Assembly: GCA_951406725.2 (NCBI GenBank)
Contig: OX597816.1
Coordinates: 50,840,001-50,904,000 of the forward strand
DNA from: Octopus vulgaris
Taxonomy: Eukaryota
DNA: 64,000 nt
Reading direction: 5' to 3'
Positions within the stretch are counted from its first letter, which is position 1. The number at the start of each line of letters is the position of its first letter. Positions 1 through 12,185 of this stretch are shown here, in pieces. A program made the translations under genes and the position numbers. The notes under the pieces were generated by a model that was given only the letters and a program-made list of their open reading frames with translations, was not told where the DNA came from and ran no database searches.

Positions 1-57
<57 letters not shown>

Positions 58-113
58 TACATATATATATATATATATATATACATATTTATATATGTAT
101 ACATATTCATATT

Positions 114-156
<43 letters not shown>

Positions 157-182
157 GCATACACACATATAAATATATACAT

Positions 183-265
<83 letters not shown>
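1..265. repeat. (AT)n/(AC)n compound microsatellite
   Basis: Direct inspection; representative of dozens of similar tracts in the window. Confidence 0.97.
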
Positions 266-268
<3 letters not shown>

Positions 269-309
269 CAGTATATGTATTTATATACAATTACGTTTGT
301 ATGCGTCAG

Positions 310-700
310 AAATGAAGGTAATATGCATTGCATATCTGAAATCACTTCTTTGAGCCTTTTGAATTAATTTGCATACAAAGAAACAAATGCCAGATTCAGG
401 CTGGAGCATCTAGTTGAATAATAAATTCAATTTTCTTCTTTACACATCTGATACACGATGATCTTAAGCTGTGTGAATGTGGCATAACATAGAATTTGAC
501 TTTTATCTTTGTAATTTCTAATCCCATGTGAACGCAGACTATTTGAGGACATATTCAAGAAATCTAATCTGGACTCGACTCCGTAGTCAAGTTCCCAAGA
601 CATATAAAAGAAGAACGATATTTCAGAGACCCTACTATAATTAGATATTTATGCCTTACATATATTTCATAACTTGGATATATCAACAATATTCTAAGAA
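310..700 (-). mobile_element. Highly decayed Penelope-like GIY-YIG endonuclease C-terminal remnant
   Basis: Minus-strand fragments (EIYV..YRSSF..; ..FTWD..; ..EVISD..MHITF across frameshifts) follow the motif order of PLE endonuclease C-termini; many stops and frameshifts. Confidence 0.35.
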
Positions 701-1684
701 TATGGCTAAGGATTTCTGCATATAACCTCATGTTCAAAGTGAATACGTGCGACAAACTTTATTAGTTTTGATGTCAGAAACACAAATAAAATGCTGAGTC
801 AGAATAACAATAAAATAGTGCAGACCACTTAATATTCGATATTAATTTTGGAATGTTGCAGAGTAATAAATATGTTTATGCACCAGGAAGATAACCTTGG
901 GTCAAAGGTAAATGTTCAGAGAAGAGAGTTACTAATGCATTCAAAATGAGAGAGCAAGAGTCTTTGATGAAGTATGCTTACCTGATGGCGACAAGCTAAT
1001 ACTGAATGTCATACAAGACGACTAAATATCTAGCCATACGTAATAAGCGTATGATGTCAAAGTTCGCTTAACAAAGTGACATGCATTGATTTTGTGATAT
1101 GTAGGGCGTAAACAATGCAGTATCTGGAAATACTTAATTTCTAAATTCCAGCGTGCTGGATATTAGAGATTTAAAATTTCTGCGCAGCATATTTTCTTTC
1201 CTTATACATGCATACATATATATATATATATAATATTGGTGTTTAGTTTGAAGGTGATCTAAACGATTAGGTACACTAGGGAAGTGCTGTATCGCATTAC
1301 TAGGAATCCAAGGTTATAGCTGAGACGGTAATTATGGATCCATTGCCGACTTCCGATATAGCGAATATATAATTATTAACGAGGACTACAAAAGTTAAGT
1401 CAAGGCAAATATCTCAAGTCATAGACACTACTGTTATTCGGGAAAAAAGTATTATATCTGTTTTGTGGGACATCGTAGATTATGGGATATTACGTCGTCG
1501 GAGATAAATAGGACAGTGTATAGATAAATGAAATGACACATAGACGACAGGAGTAAAAGAGTGAGGAGATGAAGAAAGATAAGAAAGAGAAGAAAAAGTG
1601 CTCTTTCTTCATATCGTTATTCCTTTACTTCTGTCTTCTATGTCAGCATTTCATTAATCAATACCCTTTTCAGTTTCCCTACTC

Positions 1685-1740
1685 GTCTCCGATAGCTGAA
1701 TATCCCATACTTTGGGATATCCCAGAAACAGCTGTGAGAC
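1685..1740 (+). ncRNA. Degenerate minimal type I hammerhead-like motif (family 3)
   Basis: GTCT-CCGATAG..ATATCCCA/TGGGATAT stem..GAAACAGCTGT-G-AGAC: stem I GTCT/AGAC, palindromic stem III ACAGCTGT, mutated core. A second partial copy lies at 2326-2358 (GTCTCCGATGACGG..). Confidence 0.45.
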
Positions 1741-1755
1741 TTGGAATTTGGCAAT

Positions 1756-1806
<51 letters not shown>

Positions 1807-1811
<5 letters not shown>

Positions 1812-2013
1812 ATCCAAACGTGAAAACAGAAAGAGAAAACACAACAACGCGAGGACTTGGAACAAGTATAGTGTTTTTGGGCGCTCAGGAAAGAAGGAAA
1901 GGAGGAGGGTTTAACTTTTCGAGCGGAGCTCTTCGTCAGAAACATAGGAAAAGGAAAGATCCAAAGAAGGGAAGACGGAGGAAAAAAGTCGCCAACGCTA
2001 CACACGCGGTCAC
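1807..2013 (-). mobile_element. ~200-bp repeat (family 1), PLE-terminus-like, carrying a minimal hammerhead motif at 1909-1943
   Basis: Aligns by eye with 11248-11443 and 19191-19400; minus strand reads GTTT-CTGACGA-A-GAGC-TCC-GCTC-GAAA-AGTT-AAAC. Confidence 0.75.
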
Positions 2014-2358
2014 ATATATATACATATATACATGCATACCTCATAAATACGTACATACATACATACATGCATGCATATACACAATAACACAAACATACAC
2101 AGGTGGGTTATCTAACTGCAAACGGAAGTACTGTGAATGTCTAATTTAGTATTTTGCGTGTGTAGACCACTATTTTGCTGTATGAACCACTAGGGATCAT
2201 ATGAACACTTGTTAAGAACAACGACCCATCAACATAAACATTCTAAAGACGATGACGTTGAATAAGCAAATCCTATTATTCTCTTGTCATTCGATTAATC
2301 TGTACCCTTCTTAGTTTCCCTGCTTGTCTCCGATGACGGAATAGTCCATACTCTGGGG

Positions 2359-2405
<47 letters not shown>

Positions 2406-2570
2406 AGGCGCTGGAGTGGCTGTGTGGTAAGTAGCTTGCTTACCAACCACATGGTTCCGGATTCAGTCCCATTCCATGGCATCTTGGGCAGGTGTCTGCT
2501 ACCATAGCCTCGGGCTGACCAAAGACTTGTGAGTGGATTTGGTAGACGGAAACTGAAGGAAGTCTCTCAT
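2406..2570 (+). mobile_element. tRNA-headed SINE (family A), 5' part
   Basis: A-box-like TGGCTGTGTGG and B-box-like GGATTCAGTCC; near-identical to 50250-50415. Confidence 0.85.
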
Positions 2571-3292
2571 ATATACATGTGTGTATGTATATGTATACGT
2601 GTGTAAATGCGTGGTTCTATATGAGACGACTCATATCAGCTATTCAAAAATAGTTTATTACTTACTTTAAAACTATATGTTAATCTCGTTGTGATCTGAT
2701 AACTAACTATCTCTGTCTCTCTGCTTGTCTCTCATTTATATATTCTTACATATACAAGCACATATATGTGTATATGAATGTACGTATAAATGCATGAATG
2801 TATGTATTTGTGTATGTGTAAGTATGTATATTGTCAACAAATTTATTGGTGCAACATGTGTCGGTAATCTACACAAAATAAAGGAATTCACGAAAGCAGG
2901 AAGGCTGCGAAGAATCGGGTGGGTACCCTTCAAAAGATGGAAATAAATGGTCAGCAAGGTTTTGCGGGTAATCCATACATGCTCCATTCAAATTGCATAG
3001 ACAAGCTAGCGAATTTTTTTGTCCTATAAAGTGTATTTATTCAACTTTCTAAGTTGCCGTTGCAGCCTTCCTGTGTTCCACTACACATATGATGTTTGTG
3101 AAATTTTACATTTTTGGACTTTTCCATTTTCCTTTCTCACGAAGAACTATGCTTGAGACGTTAAAAAACACAATCTTCTTCCCACCTTTCAGGAACTATA
3201 ATCTAACACATTCTATATGCAAGGTATTTTGTTGCTTTGCTGTTGCTATATTTAATGTTCGATATATATATATAAATATATATATATTTATT

Positions 3293-3470
3293 TATTGATA
3301 AAAAAGGTAAGACAACAAAAGAATGAAAGAGACCTCGATATTATGTAAATAGAGGAATTTATCTGTAAATGTAATATGTGACAATTATTCGGTAGCCATG
3401 AAAAAACTGAGTTTCGGATGCCGATGTGGAAATCCACGCCGCTATCTCTTCAGTTATCCGGCCATCGGAA
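3293..3470 (-). mobile_element. ~180-bp repeat (family 2) with hammerhead-like motif at 3400-3458
   Basis: Near-identical to 62933-63113; minus strand GATAA-CTGAAGA-long stem II-GAAAC..GTT. Confidence 0.7.
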
Positions 3471-3564
3471 AGATGTATTTTTAATTATAGGCAAACCATT
3501 GATATTAATATTATTATGGAATAATGATAATGTTATCCTTTATTTAGTATATATACATATGTAA

Positions 3565-3640
<76 letters not shown>

Positions 3641-4182
3641 ATGTATGTGTTTGTGTCTGTGTGTGTGTATATACATGTATATACATATACATACAGTGTA
3701 CATTTACCTCTTATGTGTTTAAAGGTACACTGTATTTATATGACTAATATATAGACAGTTGACTAAATTTTTTCTAAATATTTCTAATATTTCCGATTAC
3801 CCTTTGATATTATTAATTATTGATAATTTTTGGGATAAATTTCGAAACGAAAATGCCGGCATATTTATTTGCTGCCGAGAGGTAGCTGCGCTTGCGCGGT
3901 AGATTTGAAAAATTAGAATGTATAAGCACGGGGCATATAATGGATTGCCTCGTGTATATATATTTAATCTAAGATGTGCCTGCTGAAAAAGGCTACGCCT
4001 AGCAAATTACTTTATTTGCTAAAACATGTTTGAAACGATTGGTCCAGGAGTTAGATGGTAAATATATAAATTTTTCATTCACCTTCGATATTTTATCTCT
4101 AATAGTGATTCGGATTTTAACTGTCCTCTCTAGCATTCAGGTAGTCCTATAATGGTTACCTCTTATGTGTTTACATGTAAAA

Positions 4183-4286
<104 letters not shown>

Positions 4287-4606
4287 CTCAAAACTGAATT
4301 TAAATTGTGTATGTGTATATATATATATATGTCCCAGCATGGCAACAGCTCGTGAACTGAAACTATATAAAATAAAAATAATAATATATAATCTCACAGA
4401 CACATTTTAAATTCAGTTTTGAGCAATTTCTATTAATTCTCACTTTAAAGCCTGATATCAATTTTTGACTGAAAGGAAATATGGTCATTAGTGGTTTTAG
4501 TTTCAGAATTTCCTCCGCCCTGTCTTTGTACTAACTTCCCTTCCACTGAATAGGTATGCCGGTTAAGCTTCTGAATATTGTGAAACAACTTTTTAATTGG
4601 AACAGT

Positions 4607-4760
4607 CGCGTATGTGCGGTAGGGTCTTTGATTCGCAACCACATTGTTCCGGGTTCAACCCGATTTCATAGCACCTTCGAGAAGTATAATAGCCACGGAC
4701 CGACGAATATTATGTTTGTAGATTTGTTAGAATTATTAAACTGCAATAAGTTCATCGAAT
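4607..4760 (+). mobile_element. Old diverged family A SINE
   Basis: CAACCACATTGTTCCGGGTTCAACCC...GCACCTT...TTTGTAGATTTG matches the family A layout with many substitutions. Confidence 0.55.
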
Positions 4761-6071
4761 GCATACATGCACATATATATCTATATCTACAAACGGCAAA
4801 ATGTCTGTGTATCCGTGTGTCTGTGTGTTTTTGTGTCCTTTATACAAATCTAGTTTTTCACGTAAAAAGGCTCGCGTTTTCTACAAAACTGTCTGAGGGT
4901 GGTAGTGAAGATCTTTTCTTTTTCCCAGTCACTCCACAAAGCCATTTAAAACATCGATAAACCGACCCCTTATGCCCATAAGTTATGGACATATCCATTC
5001 AAAATCGCTAAAACATAGAAATGTGTACGCGGTGCGTGCGCACAGCTACATACGCCAATAGACTGCCAGCTGTTTTTTGATTGGACGGAGATAATTTTAT
5101 CCTTGACAGCTGAATGCGCGTGCGCATTTGCAGACAGTCTGTAGGAGTCAGCGCACTTTTGTGTTTTGCGTAGACACGGTATCATGTGTTTTGGCTTTCA
5201 AACGTGCACGCTGTTTTGATTTGAGAAATGCAGGAAACATTTAACGAGTTAGGATCTCCAAGGCTACATTCTTCAATTTCCTCTACAGCCATGTCATTTA
5301 GCACCCTAAGGATGGGTTAGTGATAGATCGGGATTAGAAGCTACCTATTAGAGGCTCCCAAGTTGAAGCTTATTTGTGTTCCGAATCTAATCTCCTCCGT
5401 TTCAATGGATCGGCAGCCCAATTAGCCTTCCGGCTAAAAGGCATACCTATTATTTATACCTGAGTTAAACTTGATGTCTTACGTGCTTCTATGTGTCATG
5501 AAATTATAACTGTTGACCTTACTGCGTTACTTCCTTCAAATACCTCATACTCATAAAATCACTGTGAATGCTGTTTTCTGTGCTCTAATTGCTCTGCCCC
5601 TTCGCCGGAATCAGCACTTTTCTTCCCACCATTGCTATTCACTCGTAGGACGAGGAGGTTATTTGAGGGAGGTTGGTGTCAAAAGGGTTGGCATATGCAA
5701 CTTGATCGCCTCTGCCAGTCAAACTCCCAACCCATGCGTTCCCGTCGCGACACATATTGCGCAGAACCGGGTTGGGTGTGAAACCAAAACTCAACAAACG
5801 AGATTTATGTTTATTTTCAAAATCATGCTATTTTGCGGCCAAATTCAAGTTTTTCGCTTTCTTCCGCTTCCTTTTTTGTCCGGATAATGGCATGTGCACA
5901 GCCACGCTAATTTTCCATGATTAGGCCGTTCCAGGTGTGAAAACCGAAGTCCAATGAATATCAATTATTCTCATAAAAAAGTTCCAACTAGTTCATAAAC
6001 AACAAAACTGGCCCGGGCAGAAATGTGATAGGAAACTTAGCTCTTGATTTAGTAACGAATGTTTACTAGCA

Positions 6072-6109
6072 CTAGCACTAGACCCGGAAACGTCGGGTCA
6101 TGGTGCTAG
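6072..6109. repeat. Hairpin with CTAG termini, resembling Helitron-type ends
   Basis: CTAGCACTA-GACCCG-gaaacgt-CGGGTC-A-TGGTGCTAG. Confidence 0.45.
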
Positions 6110-6656
6110 AATATACATATAACTGTATAAGTATGTGTATTTTTGCCTCATTGTTTGTGTTTGTCATAACCAACGCTTCACATGCAGCGATGGATTGTTT
6201 ACGACACCATATTTTAGCAGAATACTAACAAGTTTTTAAAATAACTACTGTAGTCGATCCATTTGACTATCGACCTTAGAGGCATAGCCGCATGCCGATG
6301 ATGGAAAGAACTTAAAATACAAGATATGGTTCTGTACTCGCATATGCATGTGCAGTTGTATATGTCTTTGTTATGTGTGTGTGTGTGTATGTGTGTGTGT
6401 GTGTATGTGTGTGTGTGTGTGTGTATTTGTATGCATATGTGTGTGTGTGTGGATATACTTCTTTATTTATTAGACATATCCGTATGCACATCTATGGGAT
6501 TGAATCCGCATGTCTGTGAAAGTGCATTCAAAGAAAATGTGTAGATTCCTCGCACAAACCCTCCCAACACGAATAACTGGCAGCCATGATAACGTAGAAG
6601 ATTTTTTGCCACGAGTAGAGAGACATATTTCAGATAAATGTATCTTGAAATTGAGA

Positions 6657-6883
<227 letters not shown>

Positions 6884-7332
6884 GGGGCAGGATGATGATT
6901 ACGTTTGTAAAAGCTCTAAGTTTGAAGCGTTGTTATATAGCCGACAAAATTACCAGCGATTCCCATGGAATTCGATAGACAATACTGAAGCAACGAAACT
7001 CATAGCATAAAGCAAAGTGTCTTCAGCAATAAAATATTGTTCATGGAGTGAAGAGCAGGGAGTGTGACGACTAGAACGATGACGACGGACGAAGAATGCA
7101 ACGACGAGAGATATAGCGATGATAATGACGGTAAAGATAATGTTGGTTACACCGAAAACAAAAGATGTTAATAGCATTATAGAGAAACATGAGAAGTAGA
7201 ATGGTGATTGTGCATATCATCATATATCCGCTTGTGTTGATTAGTTTCAATTCTAGGACTAGTATTCCATAATACTTCTCATACGGATCTGTTGGGATAT
7301 GTTGCTCTTGTTGTTGTTACCATTATTATTAT

Positions 7333-7465
7333 TGTTATTATTATAACTTTTTTTTTCTTCTTTCAAATTTGCTTCCATTTCTTGCCGTGTGTCTTCCCGA
7401 CTTCTAGGGCAAAGAAACTCATAGTATACATTGGTAGGCCATTAAACCAAACTCAGTAGTTCGTT
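7333..7465 (-). mobile_element. Short retroelement 3'-end fragment embedded in (TAA)n
   Basis: Similar to 7628-7735 and 28850-28945; on the minus strand it ends in an A-run followed by (TAA)n. Confidence 0.55.
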
Positions 7466-7467
7466 CA

Positions 7468-7551
<84 letters not shown>

Positions 7552-7627
7552 CATCATCATCATCAACATCATTATCATCATTATTATTATTATTATTATG
7601 ATTATTGTTATTATTATTATTAATATG

Positions 7628-7735
7628 TCTTTTCCTTCTTTCTTCAAATTTTCTTCCGTTTCTCGCCGAGTGTTTTCCATATACATAGGGCAGAGAAGCT
7701 CATTGTATGCATTCCCAGATTACACGCGCAAAAAT
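7628..7735 (-). mobile_element. Second copy of the (TAA)n-associated retroelement 3' end
   Basis: TTCTTCAAATTTTCTTCCGTTTCTCGCCGAGTG..TAGGGCAGAGAAGCTCATTGTATGCATT aligns to 7333-7465. Confidence 0.55.
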
Positions 7736-7983
7736 TAATAAATAAATAAATTCATGGATGGATGTTGTTTTCACAGCGATATTGTTTTTTTTGTTTTGTT
7801 TTTTTATTGTTATTATAACAAAAATGAATAGAAGAGTGGCATATCATATGAAATTGGTTAGGCGATATTTCAGCATCTAGCGTGCCTTCCGCAGGTTCAA
7901 AAAGTCAGTCTAATTAATTTTTTGTTAAAAATATATAGTAAGTCAACCAGAACTTATATACACGTAAATAGAAGAGTGCCATA

Positions 7984-8143
<160 letters not shown>

Positions 8144-8578
8144 CGTTCTTCCTGCTGTTGCTGACGTCGTCATCGTCGCCGGCGTCAGCGGCGGTGGTGT
8201 TTTTGTTGTTGATTTGATTCAGGTTTGATCCTATTCCTGCTAGAATTTATGCGGGCCAGTTACTCAATCTAGCCATAGGTTTTCACAATTTTTCAGTAGC
8301 CTTTCAAGGTGACCTTTCATGTTTCTAAGAGGCAAAGTTTCTGAAGAAGCTCTACAGAACATTATCTTACAATCTCTTACAATCCATTTGGCAAAATCTA
8401 TACATAGAGTTCCCAAATTGACGTTATTATTACTATTTGGGGTCGATGAGGTAAGGATTTTGGATGTAACCGCCTTAGCCAATCCCCGAAATTACTGGCC
8501 TTGAGCCAAAATCTGAAACCATTAGTGTTGTTGCTGTTGCTGTTGTTGTTGTTATTATTATTATTACTATTATTATTA

Positions 8579-9085
8579 TTGAGTGAGAGAGCAGTGCATG
8601 CCATCAAAGTGACACGGATAAAGTATACGAAGCCCAGTATACCCATCATGACTACCTGTCTGATAAGGGTACACCAGGCACGTGCATCACAACCATATGT
8701 GCGCAACATGGTGATCTCATATGAAGATAAATATCGCATGACCTAGCAGGTAGGGCCCAGTTAGAATGTTCTTCTGGTCGAGTAACCCATGCCGCTTAAA
8801 AGGTCCCTGAATAAGGATTGTTTAAAGATGTTGAACGAAACACCCATATTTCCAAACCTCTTAGAATTCCTTTCAACACACGGCTATGATGCTCTCCCAC
8901 TACTCCTCCGCATCATCAGTGATGCACATATCGTCATGGCCAACAGGCTAAGGTCAAACAACTGTCAAGCAAAGCTGTGGTATTGAACAGAATATTAGCT
9001 GTAGCCCACCTTTTATACCAAGACAAAACAATGTATATGATAACACTGCCAATCAGTTAAGATTAGAAGCAATGAGAGACACTGT
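8579..9085 (-). mobile_element. ~500-bp non-coding retroposon with (AAT)n tail
   Basis: Diverged second copy at 28280-28790 (shared CTGATAAGGGTACACCAGGCA, GATGCTC, GTGGTATT..CAGAATATT, ATGATAACACT.CCAATCA); flanked by (TTA)n on both sides. Confidence 0.75.
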
Positions 9086-9086
9086 C

Positions 9087-9267
9087 TATTATTATTATTA
9101 TTATTATTATTATTGTTGTTGTTGTTATTGTTATTATTATTAATATTGTTATTATTATTATTATTAGTAGTAGTAGTAGTAGTAGCAGTAGTAGTAGTAG
9201 TAGCAGCAGCAGCAGTAGTAGTAGTAGCAGTAGTAGTAGTAGTAGCAGAAGTAGTAGTAGTAGTAGC

Positions 9268-9314
<47 letters not shown>
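9087..9314. repeat. (TTA)n/(GTA)n/(GCA)n microsatellite
   Basis: Direct inspection. Confidence 0.95.
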
Positions 9315-9316
<2 letters not shown>

Positions 9317-9906
9317 TCTTTATATTTTTGATATGGAGTGTTCTATGAGCAAACAATATACGTTTTAGGGTGCGGAGAATGTTGTATTTTCCATTAAATT
9401 ATGCGCTTACATACACACACACATACACACAGGCGCGCGCAAACATACACACTTTTGTGTGTGTGTGCATGTAAATATAAGGCCACGCATACAGACATCC
9501 ATATACACATAAGGACATGTATCAACATATGTATATGAGTGTATGTATTGTACGATAAAGGATTACAAAAATTAAATGATTTAACTTTTTTATTTGCAAT
9601 TTCTTCCTATAAAGACAATTAATTATATTTTCTATCATGAAATTAGGTACTCGGAACACAAAACAGTCATTGCGTTCAACTGAAATGAAACGAGTTCTTT
9701 CATGTGCTTGAGTTTGCTTGAAGGCAAAAATTAGAATTATTGACGAGGTACCCGATTTCCTGTCAACATTAGCTGCAGTATCCAACACGTAGGCGAATCC
9801 AGATAGTAGCTAATATGGCGGTTTCTCAGCTTTACTGAACTAATTTTCTTTTATTCTTTCTTTCTATTTAGATTGAGATCCAGTTACACACAGACATACA
9901 CACACA

Positions 9907-9965
<59 letters not shown>

Positions 9966-9989
9966 ATCTATCTAACTGTCTAACTATAC

Positions 9990-10192
9990 AGTGAAAATTT
10001 ACAAAAATAAAAAAAGAACAAAAGACGAAGATATATGTAGAAATAAGAAAACATATGTATTACTTTAACGCTCGAGAAGTAAGAAAGTCTTTTACTTTTC
10101 CAGGCTATGTGCTTCGCTAGAAAGGAACAGAGAAATCAACAAGGGAGAAAATAAAAAAAAACATGTTTAGTGGCTAGCGATCCATTATGGCA
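9990..10192 (-). mobile_element. Repeat family 1b (related to family 1), decayed
   Basis: Reverse complement aligns with 10462-10697. Confidence 0.55.
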
Positions 10193-10461
10193 AATGCTAG
10201 AGAGTGGGGTCACACAGGCGTGCTAAGAAGAAGGGGAGATAATAAAGTGGTGGCAATCTCAAAACAAGGTGTTCGTGAGTTTGCATATGCTGGAGTTTAT
10301 TTGCGTGTGGAAGGGGACTGGTGACCTTAGCATGTTCGTGTGTGCGTATGTAGGTGTGTGGATAATGGTGTGGGTGGTGGAAGGTGGTCAATGCTAGTGT
10401 GTGCGGGGTGGTGTGATGTAGTGTGCTGTTGTGTGTTACATATATATATATATACAGTCAG

Positions 10462-10697
10462 TCGCCATGATAGGTCACTAGCACTTACACATTTTTTCTC
10501 TCGTTTATTCTCTCCTTTTTCTCTCTTTGTTTTCTCTCCTTGTTTCTCTCCTTGTTTTTTTTTTTTCTGTGTCCCTTTCTATAGAAGAGCGTAGCCTCAA
10601 ACGTAAAAGACGTTTTCCATTCCTGAGCGTTATGCTAATAGATCTGCTTGTTTTGTACACCACTTGTCTTCGTCTTTATTTTTCGTTAACTCTCCCT
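10462..10697 (+). mobile_element. Repeat family 1b with degenerate hammerhead-like motif at 10575-10609
   Basis: CTTT-CTATAGA-AGAGC-GTAG-CCTC-AAACGTA-AAAG mirrors the family 1 architecture (stem I CTTT/AAAG, ACGT stem III). Confidence 0.55.
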
Positions 10698-10702
10698 ATA
10701 TA

Positions 10703-10774
<72 letters not shown>

Positions 10775-11149
10775 GACACACATTCATACATATATACAAA
10801 CATATGTATATACATTAATTTATATAAAGATAAGATCGTTATTTTAAATACCGATCATATCAAGTGGCTACCATGAGAATAAAAACCTCATAGGAAATAA
10901 TTATTATTAAAATTATAATTAAGGGTATCTAAAAGATGCCATCATGCTAGATATAGCAGTCTAAACTTGACTCTAAAACCACATCAAATATTCATACAGC
11001 ACCAGGAGGGAACGCAAAGAGACAAAATGAACTAGCAAAAGACTATTGGATAACTCCAGATTCCGAAGTTCTGGCCTTGCATAAGAAATGCTTTACCCCA
11101 TCTGTAGAATATACACAAAATAGTACATAAATACAAATACACATACACA

Positions 11150-11217
<68 letters not shown>

Positions 11218-11247
11218 TATATATATATATCATACATATTTATAAAA

Positions 11248-11443
11248 TCAATCCAAACAAGAACAACCAAGAAAAAACAAGGCGAGGACGTGGTACAACT
11301 GCTGTGTTATTGGACGCTCAAGAAAGAAAATAAAATAAATGTTAATTTCATGTTTCGAGCGGAGCTGTTCATCAGAAATATAGAAAAAGTCCAAAGAAGG
11401 GAAGACGGAGAAAGAAAATCACTAACGACACACATGCGGTCAC
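11248..11443 (-). mobile_element. Family 1 repeat, hammerhead-like motif at 11345-11379
   Basis: Minus strand ATTT-CTGATGA-A-CAGC-TCC-GCTC-GAAAC-ATG-AAAT. Confidence 0.7.
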
Positions 11444-11761
11444 ATATATATTACATTCGTACAGGATATGCATATAGAAAGTTATGTTGCGCACAAGAAA
11501 TTCGTTAATCCCATTCCTCTATCAATGAACGTTATAATCAATTATGATATAATGCAATCCAGGAAATCTGAGCGATCAATTTTTCGACGAGGTGTAAATA
11601 TAACATACACTCAAGGGTTATACGAATATATTTTAAAGTTACTATATAGAATCCATATCATTACAGCCATTTTCTAACCTTCGTCATATAGTATGAATTT
11701 CAGTATGGCAAAATTATACATGTTTAAATCAATATGTGTAACTAGCATTATACAATATGTA

Positions 11762-12036
11762 TACTCTTTACTCTCTTTATTCTTTACTCATGTGACTGCG
11801 GCCATGCTGGAGCACCGACTTTAATCGAGAAAATTGACCCCAGGACTTATTCTTTGGAAGACTAGCACTTATTCTACCGGTCTCTTTTTGCCGAACCGCT
11901 AAGTTACAGATATATGAAAACACAACCATCGGTCGTCAAGCGATGTTGGGAGAAGAAATACAGACACACAAATACACACACGCAGACACGCAGACACACA
12001 TATACACACACAAACACACACACACACACACAAACA

Positions 12037-12112
<76 letters not shown>

Positions 12113-12185
12113 CATATATACGACGGGCTTTTTTCAGTTTCCGCAGTGGGACCTTGGGCAAGTGTCTGTTCCGTGTTCAGTTCCA
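11762..12185 (-). mobile_element. Family A SINE (3' body, internal microsatellite, rearranged head)
   Basis: GCCATGCTGGAGCACC..GCCGAACCGCTAAGTTAC is the reverse complement of 50761-50940; head fragments near 12140-12188 are in the opposite orientation. Confidence 0.8.

Noticed and set aside
1320-1350. CTGAGA-CGGTAAT..ATTGCCG stem-loop
   Set aside because: Core is incomplete and there is no GAAA; possibly a relic but unsupported.
2406-2480. tRNA-like sequences (also 16020-16087, 37280-37347, 62428-62500)
   Set aside because: They are SINE heads with attached bodies and tails, not tRNA genes.
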